From: an uncultured delta proteobacterium
GTDB lineage: Bacteria; Desulfobacterota; Binatia; Binatales; Binataceae
Length of the DNA stretch: 64,000 nucleotides
NCBI GenBank assembly: GCA_963842085.1
Contig: CAWJET010000001.1
Location: forward strand, 1,600,001 to 1,664,000
Direction: 5' to 3'
Shown here: positions 22,007-32,426 of the stretch, piece after piece
Layout of the letters: every line of letters starts with the position of its first letter
Position numbering within the stretch: the first letter of the stretch is position 1
Translations under genes and position numbers: made by a program
Notes under the pieces: generated by a model
Databases searched by the model: none
Told to the model about the DNA's origin: nothing
The model's input: the letters and a program-made list of their open reading frames with translations, nothing else

Positions 22007-22633
22007 GTGATCTGCTCATCACCATCACAGTTATAGCAAAAACGGCATTTTTACCGTTCGGAGCTGGCACCAAGCACGTCTTTATTTCGATGAGGAGGAG
22101 CCTGCCCCAAGGCTTCGTGGGGTCAGTAGTTGAGGCGTCGAACGGTCACCCGCGGCCTTGTGCGGTCTGGAAATCTCTTTCGCGGCTGTCAGCGACGCCC
22201 CATCTTTGACGGGCACAATCGTTGACGTCCGCGGTTCGCGCAGCGGCCGTCCGTTGCGCGCTTGGCAGAAACAGTCAAATTCACCATACATTACGGATTG
22301 TGATTCCTTCGCTCGACACTCTATTTGAAATATCTTAACACTATTCTTCTTGACTTAACTTTACAGCAGATGTACTTCTCTCACTAAATATCTCTCTTTT
22401 AACGAGAAGTCTTGGTTAATTATGAGCAGAATGACGCTGTCGCATGTCTGGACCGGCCTCCCTGTTCCCGAGCGATTTAGTGCTGTCGTCCAGACGCGAG
22501 GACAACTCGTGCCCGCTGCGGGTGGCGATCATCGCACGATGGCCGTCTCGGACTTGGCGCCAACCTGCTGGTCGAGTCCAGCCCGCGACGGCGCGGCAAG
22601 CTTGTGCGGCCACGACCGACTGGGAGCGGCGCT

Positions 22634-23866
22634 ATGATGAATTCCCGCGCCCCTCGCGTTCTGCAGATCGGCAAATACTATCCGCCGCATCGCGGCGGCA
22701 TGGAGACTCACCTCGAACAGTTGGCTGGTGAGCTCAACAAGTCGGTCGACCTTGAAGTGCTGGTGTCGAATGAAAGCCGTAAGACCGCGGTGGAATGGGT
22801 CGATGGTGTCAAGGTCTCGAGGATTGGCAAGGCTTGGGAGCTCGCCTCAACGCCGATCTGTCCGCAGATGACTAAGGCGATACACCGTGCCCGGGCGGAC
22901 TTGGTTCACGTTCATCTTCCCAATCCGGCCGCGGTTGTGGCGCTGCTGGCAAGCGGCTATCGCGGGCCGACGGTTGTGACTTGGCACAGCGACGTCGTGC
23001 GCCAGCGCGTTCTGGCGGGACTGTTTCAGCCGCTCCTTAATGCTTTCATCCGGCGTTGCTCCGCTATCATCGTGTCTTCACCGAACTACCTTTTGAGCTC
23101 GCCCGTGTTGCGCGCCAACCGAAGAAAGTGTCGGGTGATTCCATTTGGCATCCCGCCCGAGCTGTTCCAGAGGGAGTGTACGTCCGCGGTTGCTGCAATT
23201 CGCAAGCGCTTCGGGTCTCGAATCATTCTGACGGTGGGACGCTGCGTATACTACAAAGGGCTCGAGTACTTGATCCGCTCGATGCTCAAGATCCCCGACG
23301 CGCAATTGCTGATAATCGGCGACGGACCCAGACGGCTTGCGCTCGAAGCTGAGACCCGCGCGTTCGGATTGTCTGATCGGGTCGCGTTCTTGGGCTCGGT
23401 CGCAGACCCGGTGCCATACTATCAGGCTTGCGATATTTTCGCGCTTGCCTCGATCGCCCGCAGCGAGGCTTTCGGGATTGTGCAACTTGAAGCGCTCGCG
23501 GCTGGAAAGCCCGTAGTCAACACGCTCTTGCCGTCCGGCGTACCGTTCGTCTCAGTGGATGGTGTGACCGGATTTTCAGTGACTCCCGGCGACTCCGACG
23601 CTCTCGCAAAAGCGCTGAGCCAACTACTTAATCAACCCGCCCTGCGCTCGAAGTTCGGTCAGGAGGGAATTCGGCGCGTCAACCGCCATTTCACACTGCA
23701 GAGAATGGTCGATCGAACTCTGCGGCTGTACGCCGAATTGGTCGATGGCGAAGCCGAAGCGCCGGTCGAGCAGCGCTGGTTTTTGCCCCCGGTTACGGTT
23801 GGCCGCAGTGGCATGGGAGCGACTGCAGCTCAATCACTACTTCGCATGAATGTTCGCGAACAATGA
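22634..23866 (+). CDS. Glycosyltransferase family 4
   Basis: GKYYPPHRGGME; SEAFGIVQLEALAAGKPVV. Confidence 0.92.
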   Translation: MMNSRAPRVLQIGKYYPPHRGGMETHLEQLAGELNKSVDLEVLVSNESRKTAVEWVDGVKVSRIGKAWELASTPICPQMTKAIHRARADLVHVHLPNPAAVVALLASGYRGPTVVTWHSDVVRQRVLAGLFQPLLNAFIRRCSAIIVSSPNYLLSSPVLRANRRKCRVIPFGIPPELFQRECTSAVAAIRKRFGSRIILTVGRCVYYKGLEYLIRSMLKIPDAQLLIIGDGPRRLALEAETRAFGLSDRVAFLGSVADPVPYYQACDIFALASIARSEAFGIVQLEALAAGKPVVNTLLPSGVPFVSVDGVTGFSVTPGDSDALAKALSQLLNQPALRSKFGQEGIRRVNRHFTLQRMVDRTLRLYAELVDGEAEAPVEQRWFLPPVTVGRSGMGATAAQSLLRMNVREQ

Positions 23867-23950
23867 CATTTTCCAAGAAGAAGCGCTGATTAGAGGACTC
23901 TCATGGAGAGTCGCTGAGATTCATGCCGAGAAGAATGTGAGCTGCAAAAG

Positions 23951-25867
23951 ATGAACTCTACCATCGGCATACTACTGACTTACCTCCTGTCCGTTGCAGC
24001 ATGTCTGGTCATAACGCCGCTCGTGCGCCGATTCGCGCGCCGGTTCGGAGCGTTGGACATGCCAGACGGGCGGCGCATTCACGTAGTGCCCACGCCACGT
24101 TGGGGCGGTCTGGCAATCTATTTAGTCCTATTAATCGTGCTGGTTTGCGCGGGGCTTTGCCCGGGACTGGGCTGGAGCACGAGAGTAGCAGACCCGCGAA
24201 TCGTCGCGGTCGCCATCGGCGCGACCGTCTTGTTGATAGTGGGTCTCTTCGACGATGCTGTATCGCTGCGGCCGGCCGTCAAGTTGGGCGCCGAAGTCGT
24301 AGCCGCATGTTTGGTGGCGCTGAGTGGCTGGCAGATAAAAGCGATCCTAGGTTTCGATCTCGGTTCCTTGGCGCCCGTTGCGACCGTGATCTGGATCGTT
24401 GCTTTCGTCAACGGTTTTAATATGGTCGATGGCCTCGACGGTCTGGCCACCGGCTTGGCCACAATGATGTGCGCCACGCTGATCGTGCTTTCGCTACGCG
24501 CACACGATGTAGCGTCGGTGTTGATTTTGGTATGTCTTGCCGGCGCCCTGACCGGGTTCTTGCGCTACAACTTCAATCCCGCGAGCATATTTCTCGGCGA
24601 CTCGGGGAGCCTCTTTGTGGGTTTCCTCGTGTCCACTTTCTCGGTTAACTACAACGCCAAGGGCTCGGCCGCTATTACGATCTTGGTCCCGACTCTGGCG
24701 CTGGGCCTTCCCCTGGTAGAACTCTCGCTAACCATTTTCCGCAGACTCATGCGGTTGATTCGGGTCGTCAAGCGGGCAGCGGATCGGGACGAATACGCTT
24801 TTGAATTCGGCGGCAAGGCTGCGCTATTCACTGGCGACCGCGACCACATCCACCACCGACTGCTTGCGCTTGGTCTGGGCCAACGCAACGTGGCGCTTCT
24901 AATGTACGCGGTCTGCTTGCTGGTAAACGCGAGCGCAATAGCGATCATTTCGGAGCGTCATTTATCGGGCGCGCTGGTCCTCATCGCGGTTTGCGTACTC
25001 GGGATCCTTTGTGTTCGAACGCTCGGCTACGAGGAGTTGCAACCGCTGCGCAAGGGGCTATTCTTGCCGCTCTTCCCGTCACGTCTTCTCACTCGGCCGC
25101 GGTTGCAGTTCGCCTTCGAGTGGTGCCTGGCGGTACTCAGCCTCGTTGCGGCGAACTTGATCCACGGCTTTGGGGTGTCCTCCGTTTCACTCGAGCTGCT
25201 TAAGTTCTCCGCGCTGACTGCGCTGGCGGCCGCGGTCCAGGTGGGCGCGCTTGCCGGGGGGGGTCTCTACCAAAGTTCCTATGCTCTGGCGAGCGCCGAG
25301 GACGCGTTCGTCGCAGTGCGCTCGCTCGCTTGCGCAGCGCTCACTACCTGGTTGATTGCGCTGTCGTTCGGAGAGTCACTGTTCCCCACCCTGGAAGTAG
25401 TAATTTTGGACCTCTACGCTCTGGCGACGCTCGTGCTAGGCTGCCGGGTTTCCTTCCATTTGATGAAGTACGCGTTTTTGCGGGGCGCAGAAAAGAGTCG
25501 GCGTGTACTAATCTTTGGAACCGGAAGCGCCAGCGTCGCCGCCATGCGCGCAATTCAGGGATACGAGACTCTCCAAATGACCGTGATCGGGTTCGTTGAT
25601 GATGCTGGTTCGCGGCGCAGTCTGTACGGCTTGCCTGTACTTGGCACGGACGCGCTGTGCCGGGTGCCGCGAACTTTCGATGAGGTCATTTTGCCCGAGA
25701 CCAACATCGCCGACAAGTTGCTAAAGACTTTGGTCGCACGTTGCAAGCTCGCTCAGGTATCGCTCAAACGTCTCTCGATCAATTGCGTTCAAGTAGATGT
25801 TTCCGCTTACCAAGGCGACACGCATCGACCTGCTGGCGGGGCGAAGGCGCTTAGAGGCGCATTGTGA
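23951..25867 (+). CDS. wecA: WecA/MraY-family undecaprenyl-phosphate HexNAc-1-P transferase with an extra C-terminal TM + Rossmann-like domain
   Basis: PTPRWGG, GLFDD, NMVDGLDGL, FLGDSGS, DHIHHRL; tail RRVLIFGTG...IGFVDD...GLPVLG. Confidence 0.85.
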   Translation: MNSTIGILLTYLLSVAACLVITPLVRRFARRFGALDMPDGRRIHVVPTPRWGGLAIYLVLLIVLVCAGLCPGLGWSTRVADPRIVAVAIGATVLLIVGLFDDAVSLRPAVKLGAEVVAACLVALSGWQIKAILGFDLGSLAPVATVIWIVAFVNGFNMVDGLDGLATGLATMMCATLIVLSLRAHDVASVLILVCLAGALTGFLRYNFNPASIFLGDSGSLFVGFLVSTFSVNYNAKGSAAITILVPTLALGLPLVELSLTIFRRLMRLIRVVKRAADRDEYAFEFGGKAALFTGDRDHIHHRLLALGLGQRNVALLMYAVCLLVNASAIAIISERHLSGALVLIAVCVLGILCVRTLGYEELQPLRKGLFLPLFPSRLLTRPRLQFAFEWCLAVLSLVAANLIHGFGVSSVSLELLKFSALTALAAAVQVGALAGGGLYQSSYALASAEDAFVAVRSLACAALTTWLIALSFGESLFPTLEVVILDLYALATLVLGCRVSFHLMKYAFLRGAEKSRRVLIFGTGSASVAAMRAIQGYETLQMTVIGFVDDAGSRRSLYGLPVLGTDALCRVPRTFDEVILPETNIADKLLKTLVARCKLAQVSLKRLSINCVQVDVSAYQGDTHRPAGGAKALRGAL

Positions 25868-26423
25868 CTTTGGGTCCGGATTACGAGCTAAGTGGAATTT
25901 GACCACGCTCGGCTGAGCTCTGTAGACGAAAGAGTTGCCAAAGGAAAGAAAGCAAAATAAGAGCTATGAAGTGCGATCAAAGCAAATCGGGTTTGACCGG
26001 CGGGCTCACAGCAGGCGGGACGTCAAAAATGAATGCCTGTCCGATAACAGCGGCCTGGTGGGTGATCTGACGTTCGTGGATCGGTCTTGCGCCATGGCAC
26101 ACCAGTCGCAGTCCGAAGCGCGAGCGGTTCGGCACAAATCGCGAGCCAAAGCCCCAATGCTAGAAAAACTGATGCTCGTCGCTCTGGCAATCGCGCTGGC
26201 GGTGGTGACGACGATCGTTGACTGGAGACAGCGTCGGAGGAGAAGCTGACGGCTGGTCAGGGACTTTTGCTGAACGAACAACAGCGTCGCGAACTTAGCG
26301 AACGGGGTCGTGAAGCTGCGGTCAGCCGATACTCGTGTCGTGCCGTCGCGCACGAACATCTCGATTTCTCTGAGCAGATCCTACAGCGACGGTCCGCAAA
26401 CAGCCATCGGGTGTAGGTGAGCG

Positions 26424-27203
26424 ATGCAATCTACTAATCCAATGGATCCGCGAGCGTTGAGTTCCAAGGGCCGCGCGGAATTGAGTGAGGGCAGAAGCGA
26501 CGAATCACTTTACGAATTGGTCGGGGATCTTCTGAAGCCCAGCGTATCGCCACACGCGGTTGTCGTTGACGTCGGCTGCGGGCGGGGAATGCTCTGGCCC
26601 CGAGTGGCCGCAATCCAACCGCGCTATATTGGTATGGATGTCGTTGCCTACCAAGATTTTCCCGCCGAGTGTGAATTTGTTGAAGCCGACCTCAACGCTC
26701 AGTGGCCGCTTAACTCCAACTACGCCGACGCCATGGTCTCGATTGAAACAATCGAGCATATGGAAAACCCGCGCGCTTTTGTGCGGGAAATTGCACGCGT
26801 TGCGAAACCGGGCGGGCTCGTCGTGATCTCGACGCCCAACCAGTTGAGCCTTCTGAGCAAATTGTGCCTGGTCCTAAAGAATGAGTTTGTTCAGTTCCAG
26901 GAACGCCCGGGACTTTATCCGGCGCATATCACGGCGCTGCTCGAAACTGATCTTCGCCGCATCGCCTTGGAGTGCGGATTGAGAGAGCCCCTTGCGAACT
27001 ACAGCGGGCACGGCAGGATTCCATTCACGGAAAGGTCTTACCCACGTTTTGTCAGCCGAATGTTTCCGCGGGCCTTTTCGGACAACATATTCTTGGTCGC
27101 TCGTAAACCTCCAGCGGATTATGGGATAGCATGCACGTTTACCAAGTCCTCCTCCGCGGCAGTTCGACCCCTAGCTGAGACGCTGAGCGACCCTGGCCGC
27201 TAG
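26424..27203 (+). CDS. Class I SAM-dependent methyltransferase
   Basis: VVDVGCGRG, ETIEHMENP, KPGG, ISTPN. Confidence 0.92.
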   Translation: MQSTNPMDPRALSSKGRAELSEGRSDESLYELVGDLLKPSVSPHAVVVDVGCGRGMLWPRVAAIQPRYIGMDVVAYQDFPAECEFVEADLNAQWPLNSNYADAMVSIETIEHMENPRAFVREIARVAKPGGLVVISTPNQLSLLSKLCLVLKNEFVQFQERPGLYPAHITALLETDLRRIALECGLREPLANYSGHGRIPFTERSYPRFVSRMFPRAFSDNIFLVARKPPADYGIACTFTKSSSAAVRPLAETLSDPGR

Positions 27204-27223
27204 AATCTGTTGCTGCAACTCTC

Positions 27224-28663
27224 ATGACGGGAAGTTCGCGCACGCACGGGAGAGTCGCGGTAAGCACTTGGACCGTGCTAGTTCTGGTAGCCGCGTTGCT
27301 TATTGGGCTCAAGGTTGTAAACGCGAGCGATCTGAAGTTGCTTGGCGTTGGCAGCGCACTGATCCTGTTTTCCCTGCTAGCGTTGGCCGTGTCGCAACAG
27401 CTGAGTTACGCGATTAGAAGCAGGGATAGGTTTCTCACCGGCGCAATTTGGATAGTGACGGTGGTGTTGGCCGTCAAGACCGCTTGTCTGTTGCTGATAA
27501 GGGGCTTTGACTTCGACGTATTTCACTTTCTGTCGTGGGCGATTCGCATTGCTGACGTCGGACCGGGACATTACTATCAGCCCGGACACCTTCTGGCGTA
27601 CACACCTGGTTATCTGTATGTCCTGTGGATCCCCGGCGCTTTGAGTCGAGCACTGGGAGAGGGCGGACGGATTCTTATCCGTATGCCCCCCGTGTTTGCG
27701 GACGCGGTACTCGCGCTGGTGGTGCTCACATTCGTACAGCGAAGCAGGCAACGCGCGTCTGCGCTCGCGGCAATGCTGATGGTTGCACTGAACCCGGCAC
27801 TTGTGTTCGACACCGTAGTCTGGGGCCAGAACGACTCGGTCTTCGCGCTCGCAGCGTGGTTGAGCGCGGTGACGATCTTGGCGCGCAAAAACGAGTTAGC
27901 CTGGGCGCTTGCGGCCATATCCATACTCATCGATCCCTTGGGCTTGATTCTGTTGCCAGTCCTAGCTCTATGGATGCTGGCGGTGGGAGACGGCGCGCTT
28001 TTGTGGCGTTCGCTTGGAGTTGCGCTAGCCGTTTTTCTTATTGGACTAGTTCCGTTTCAGTTCGGGCATCAATGGAATGGGATTCTGGATAGCTCCCTGT
28101 CGTCGATGGCGGCTTACCGCCGGGAGACCGTTGTGTACGCGTTCAATTTCGCCACACTGTTTGGCGGTCTGAAGCCGACCGGCGCGGGGATTCTGGCTGG
28201 GGTCTCCTACTTCTCGGTCGAAGTGATTTCGCTGACGTCAACCTTTGGATTCGCGGGATTCTACGTCTATCACCTGCGCAGCGCCTCCGCATTTTTTTAT
28301 TCAGTCTTTCTGATGACTTTTGGATACTTCCTTTTTGCACAATGGATGTACCCACATTGTCTTTTTGTATCGATTGTCGCAGCCGTTCCTCTCGCGTTGG
28401 AAAGTGCCGAGATGATGCTGGTGTTCTCGATTGTGACTCTGACCTGTCTGTTCAACCTCGCCTACGTTTTTCACACCCTCGCTGGCGGTCAGCAGCTTGG
28501 AGTGCGGGACGAGCTTTCGATGATTTGTGCTATGCTCAATGTGCTGGCATTCATTGCAGCAGTCCACTTTGGCGTCAAATCAGCGCGAATTGGCAGCGTC
28601 CGGAGAGACCGCGTGATCACCAATGGCCTGATGGGATTGAAGCTCCCTCGCTCCTCGTTGTGA
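27224..28663 (+). CDS. GT-C-like membrane glycosyltransferase (polyprenyl-P-sugar dependent)
   Basis: YTPGYLY, LNPALVFDTVVWGQNDS; many TM segments. Confidence 0.7.
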   Translation: MTGSSRTHGRVAVSTWTVLVLVAALLIGLKVVNASDLKLLGVGSALILFSLLALAVSQQLSYAIRSRDRFLTGAIWIVTVVLAVKTACLLLIRGFDFDVFHFLSWAIRIADVGPGHYYQPGHLLAYTPGYLYVLWIPGALSRALGEGGRILIRMPPVFADAVLALVVLTFVQRSRQRASALAAMLMVALNPALVFDTVVWGQNDSVFALAAWLSAVTILARKNELAWALAAISILIDPLGLILLPVLALWMLAVGDGALLWRSLGVALAVFLIGLVPFQFGHQWNGILDSSLSSMAAYRRETVVYAFNFATLFGGLKPTGAGILAGVSYFSVEVISLTSTFGFAGFYVYHLRSASAFFYSVFLMTFGYFLFAQWMYPHCLFVSIVAAVPLALESAEMMLVFSIVTLTCLFNLAYVFHTLAGGQQLGVRDELSMICAMLNVLAFIAAVHFGVKSARIGSVRRDRVITNGLMGLKLPRSSL

Positions 28664-28760
28664 TGGCTTTTGCCATCCCGGCCCATTCAGAGGCCGTTTT
28701 GGAAAGCGAGGGCTGGGTCCATCCCATCAGGCCACCAAAGACCCACTCGACCCCAACTCC

Positions 28761-28858
28761 TGGTGGGTTACCAGAATCAGCAGCGTCGTGATTGGTTCGG
28801 CATGGAATTACGCAGTGTCTTCGGTCTTCACCTGGAGCCGGTGCTGAAGCACGCTGCT
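28761..28858 (+). repeat. Decayed copy of the 3' end of the GT2-GtrA gene (38446-38544)
   Basis: About 98 bp align with roughly a dozen differences, including the stop codon. Confidence 0.92.
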
Positions 28859-29205
28859 CCGGTATCTTCTTTCGTGCACGATTTCGTCAGATCGAACACC
28901 CTCCTGACCGAGGTCTGCGCTACCGCGATCGCGGCATGTGCGGTGCCAGCGGAATTCTTGCTGGGATCGGCGTTTGGGGTTAGATGGCATGCACCACATG
29001 TCGGCGCTGCGCCTCGGCCGCTTTCCCCGTCAGCAAAAGTTGGACAGGTAGTGGGACTGCAGCTCGCTGAAGACCCGAGTCCTTCAATTTGAGGAGCGAC
29101 CAGGTAAAGTAACTATCACCATTTCCTCACTGCGATTCTAACGGAGTTCTGATCGGGCACGACAGAGGCTTCCGCTTATTAAATGGCTAGCGCATGTTTT
29201 CGGAA

Positions 29206-30360
29206 CTAGCCGACTATGCTTCGGTCCGCGTCCAGGATTCTCTCAAAAAATTCGATATATTGTCGCGCGACTCGAGGGCAAGAATAGTGGCTAATCGCAC
29301 GGGCACGCGCCGCGACGCTAAGATCGCGGCGCTGACGCTCATCGCCGAGCAACCTCTCCAACGCATCCGTCCAAGCGTGTCTATCACTCTCCCCCACTAC
29401 GATTCCCGCATCACCGATGACGTAAGGTATTTCGCCGCTGTCGCTGCCAATCACGGGCACCCCTGACGAGAATGCTTCGGCGATCACCCTTCCAAACTGC
29501 TCACGCCAGTTCTGGGTAGTTTGGCTCGGCACGCAAAGTACATCGATCGCGTTCATGTAGGCAGGCACTTGATGATGAGAGACGCCAGTTAGCACGCGCA
29601 CCTTGTCTCCGTAGCGCTTCGCCCACAGGTCGATCGCTGACTTCATAGGCCCCCCGCCGACGAACAACGCGCGCCAGGGAGCTTCGACCTCATCCAGCGC
29701 GGACATCAGCAGATTCAAGCCTTTCTCGGTAACGAACCGGCCCACATACCCTACGATCGGAGTGCGACGTTCGTCCCAGCCTAGACTCTGCTTTATTGAC
29801 GCACCCGCTTCCCTATCTGGCCGAAAGCTGTCCGTGTCTACAAACAGAGGTATTACACCGCTGGGCTTACCAACGAACCCTCGCTTGGTTTGTACCTCCA
29901 TCGTGGTCAATCCCATAGCTAACCAACCGCGAGCTCTCCGAAAGCAGAATCTTTCGATCTGAGCGAATGGCAATACATAGTTCTTCGCTATGTTCTGGGC
30001 CGTCCAGTACACGAGCGGTACCTTCTTGGGCGTCAATGCCGCGATCTGACCTCCAGCGATAATGTAGGGCTCTTCCCACATGTGCACAATGTTCCAACTG
30101 CCGTTAAGAAGCTCTCGCAGTTTCAAGCTATAGAAAAAAAAATGAATGTGGCGCGCTAAATTAACCCGCAGCTGATGAACAACGAATGCCTCGGAAGGGT
30201 CGACTACTGTCCTGATCGGCGCAAGATCTCCGGGAAATGCAACTGGAGCTACGGCGACGACCTCCCATTTCGGGCTCCCTATCTTGGCGATCCAGTGCGG
30301 GAGTCTGCGATTCAGTCCGACAGTGTACGAGTGCGCAATGGACAACAATCTGAGCTTCAT
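29206..30360 (-). CDS. Glycosyltransferase family 4
   Basis: WREQFGRVIAEAFSSGVPVIGS. Confidence 0.92.
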   Translation of the reverse strand: MKLRLLSIAHSYTVGLNRRLPHWIAKIGSPKWEVVAVAPVAFPGDLAPIRTVVDPSEAFVVHQLRVNLARHIHFFFYSLKLRELLNGSWNIVHMWEEPYIIAGGQIAALTPKKVPLVYWTAQNIAKNYVLPFAQIERFCFRRARGWLAMGLTTMEVQTKRGFVGKPSGVIPLFVDTDSFRPDREAGASIKQSLGWDERRTPIVGYVGRFVTEKGLNLLMSALDEVEAPWRALFVGGGPMKSAIDLWAKRYGDKVRVLTGVSHHQVPAYMNAIDVLCVPSQTTQNWREQFGRVIAEAFSSGVPVIGSDSGEIPYVIGDAGIVVGESDRHAWTDALERLLGDERQRRDLSVAARARAISHYSCPRVARQYIEFFERILDADRSIVG

Positions 30361-31092
30361 CGAGATGAAGTCACGGGAAGTGGGTACACACGTCTATTAA
30401 AAGTGTAAAGTAAAGTCAAGAGGGATTTTTCAATAGAGAAACTCAAATGGTGTTAAGACGTGCGTTCCAAATCAGTGATCTTGCTATCCCTACTTACAAT
30501 GGCGCTGTCCGTAATGCCAAGACGGCCTCGGATTCTGGTTCGATGCTCAGCTTTTTGCTCCTCGCGACTAGGAAATAGGGGCCCATCCGGGTGCGGTCAT
30601 GGCGCGCCGAGCGCCCATAGTCAGCACCCGACCGACAAGATACGGGTGGTTCCAGCCGGTGAAGCCGTCGCAAATACGCTAGAGCAAGTGTTCGTAACCG
30701 TGGAACACGGGAGTGGACAAAGGCCGGCGCGGAGCGAGAAATGGCCCTATCGCGTCGCCGCTACTAATCACTATCGGCGCCGCCGAACAACAATTCGCCT
30801 CAATCAGGGAGAGGCCACCCCGCCGAAGAACTCGAAGCTAACGTTGTGCCTTCGCAGAAGGCTTCGCTGCTCTCCGCAGGATAGGCGCACCAGGCTATCT
30901 CGCGCTCTTCGCGCAGCTTCGTTCGCGCTTTGATCAGGTTTCGAGGGGCTACAGGAGCGTTTGCGTCAGAAACGTGGATAGAATAAAATAAATTTGTGTC
31001 AAAGAGTGATTAAGTCAGTTAAATGGGATTGAAGGGAGGGGGGCTGACTTATCGTTGGCTGGGTCGTTGTATCGGCGAACCGGAAGCATATT

Positions 31093-32133
31093 ATGTCGAA
31101 GATCAGAACAAGCGTCCTGGTCGCTAGTTTTCGCAGACCACAAAAGCTGACCGTTTGTCTGCGCAGCTTAGCCGAGCAGACCATGCAGCCCGACGAAGTT
31201 GTCGTCGCCTGGCAGGGGAACGACACAGGGACCGCGGCTGCCGCTTTACAGATGCGCGCGCGGTTACCCTTCCATCTGCGACTAGTGCACAGTTCGATTA
31301 CGGGTATCGTTCCGGCGGAGAACGCCGCCCTGGACGCGGCCTCAGGTGATATAGTTCTGTTGATCGATGACGATGCGATAGGCCCTCCGCAATGGGTTGC
31401 TTCACACGTATTTCACTATAGCGACCCCAAAGTCGGGGCCGTCGGAGGACCCTACGACAATTACCGAACGGACGGCACTGCCTTTCCCAAGCGGGCCCGG
31501 GAACCGATCGGCAGAATTACATGGTACGGAAGGCTGCTCGGCAACATGTACGATCACCCGCCGGAATGGCAGCAACGCTCTCCACGAGAAGTCGACTATC
31601 TAGTCGGAAACAATATGAGTCTGCGGCGCGCTGCATTCGACCGGTTTGAGGCGGGCCTTGCGCCGTACTGGCAGAGTTTCGAAATCGACGCTTGCTTGCA
31701 AGTCAAAGCGAAGGGTTACAAGGTAATTTTTGACTTCGCGAATAAGCAGCAACATTACCCTACTGGCTATGCCTACTCGTCTGAGAGATCAGGTGATTTA
31801 GCGGCTAAAATATATAATGCAGCTCACAATCAGGCGTTCGTGCTGGCCAAGCACAGCCCTTGGTTCTTGCGAACGTTTCGGCTTGCATATCTTTTGCTAG
31901 TCGGATCGATCGGCACGCCGGGCCTGGCTTCCCTACCACTGGCGGTGATGCGGTACGGTGATCTACCGCGGGAAATTGCGATCCTGAAGAAAACTTTGGC
32001 AAGTCACGTAGGCGGTTGGATCGCGGGTACAGACCGCGGGCGCCAAAAGCAACAAGCGCAGAGTTGTGATCTATGGCACCAGCAAGTCTGGGTGGACGGG
32101 TCTGCTTCCGATCGGAGCCGACCCGGCTCTTGA
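31093..32133 (+). CDS. Glycosyltransferase family 2
   Basis: GDIVLLIDDDA, GAVGG, GNNMSLRR. Confidence 0.9.
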   Translation: MSKIRTSVLVASFRRPQKLTVCLRSLAEQTMQPDEVVVAWQGNDTGTAAAALQMRARLPFHLRLVHSSITGIVPAENAALDAASGDIVLLIDDDAIGPPQWVASHVFHYSDPKVGAVGGPYDNYRTDGTAFPKRAREPIGRITWYGRLLGNMYDHPPEWQQRSPREVDYLVGNNMSLRRAAFDRFEAGLAPYWQSFEIDACLQVKAKGYKVIFDFANKQQHYPTGYAYSSERSGDLAAKIYNAAHNQAFVLAKHSPWFLRTFRLAYLLLVGSIGTPGLASLPLAVMRYGDLPREIAILKKTLASHVGGWIAGTDRGRQKQQAQSCDLWHQQVWVDGSASDRSRPGS

Positions 32134-32426
32134 CGTCACAGTAGTTGGCTTTCTCGATAATGAACCATCGACCGACAGCTTCGATAGGCTTCCTGTCATG
32201 AATTGTGATGCGCATCCTCAATCCCGCAGTTTCGAAGGAGTCCTATCGGCCCTAACCAAACGGCCTGAGTCCACCTTGCGGGCGCCGAAGGCCTGCTGCA
32301 GACATGCTAAGGTTCCGCTCAAGCGCTTCTAGTTCGATTTGGCAGGAAATGGCACTTCCGCGCCTTAGCCGGCGACGGCCGTGATTTCAGGATTGAGAAA
32401 CTTTAAGTACCGGGGACGGTGCGAAG

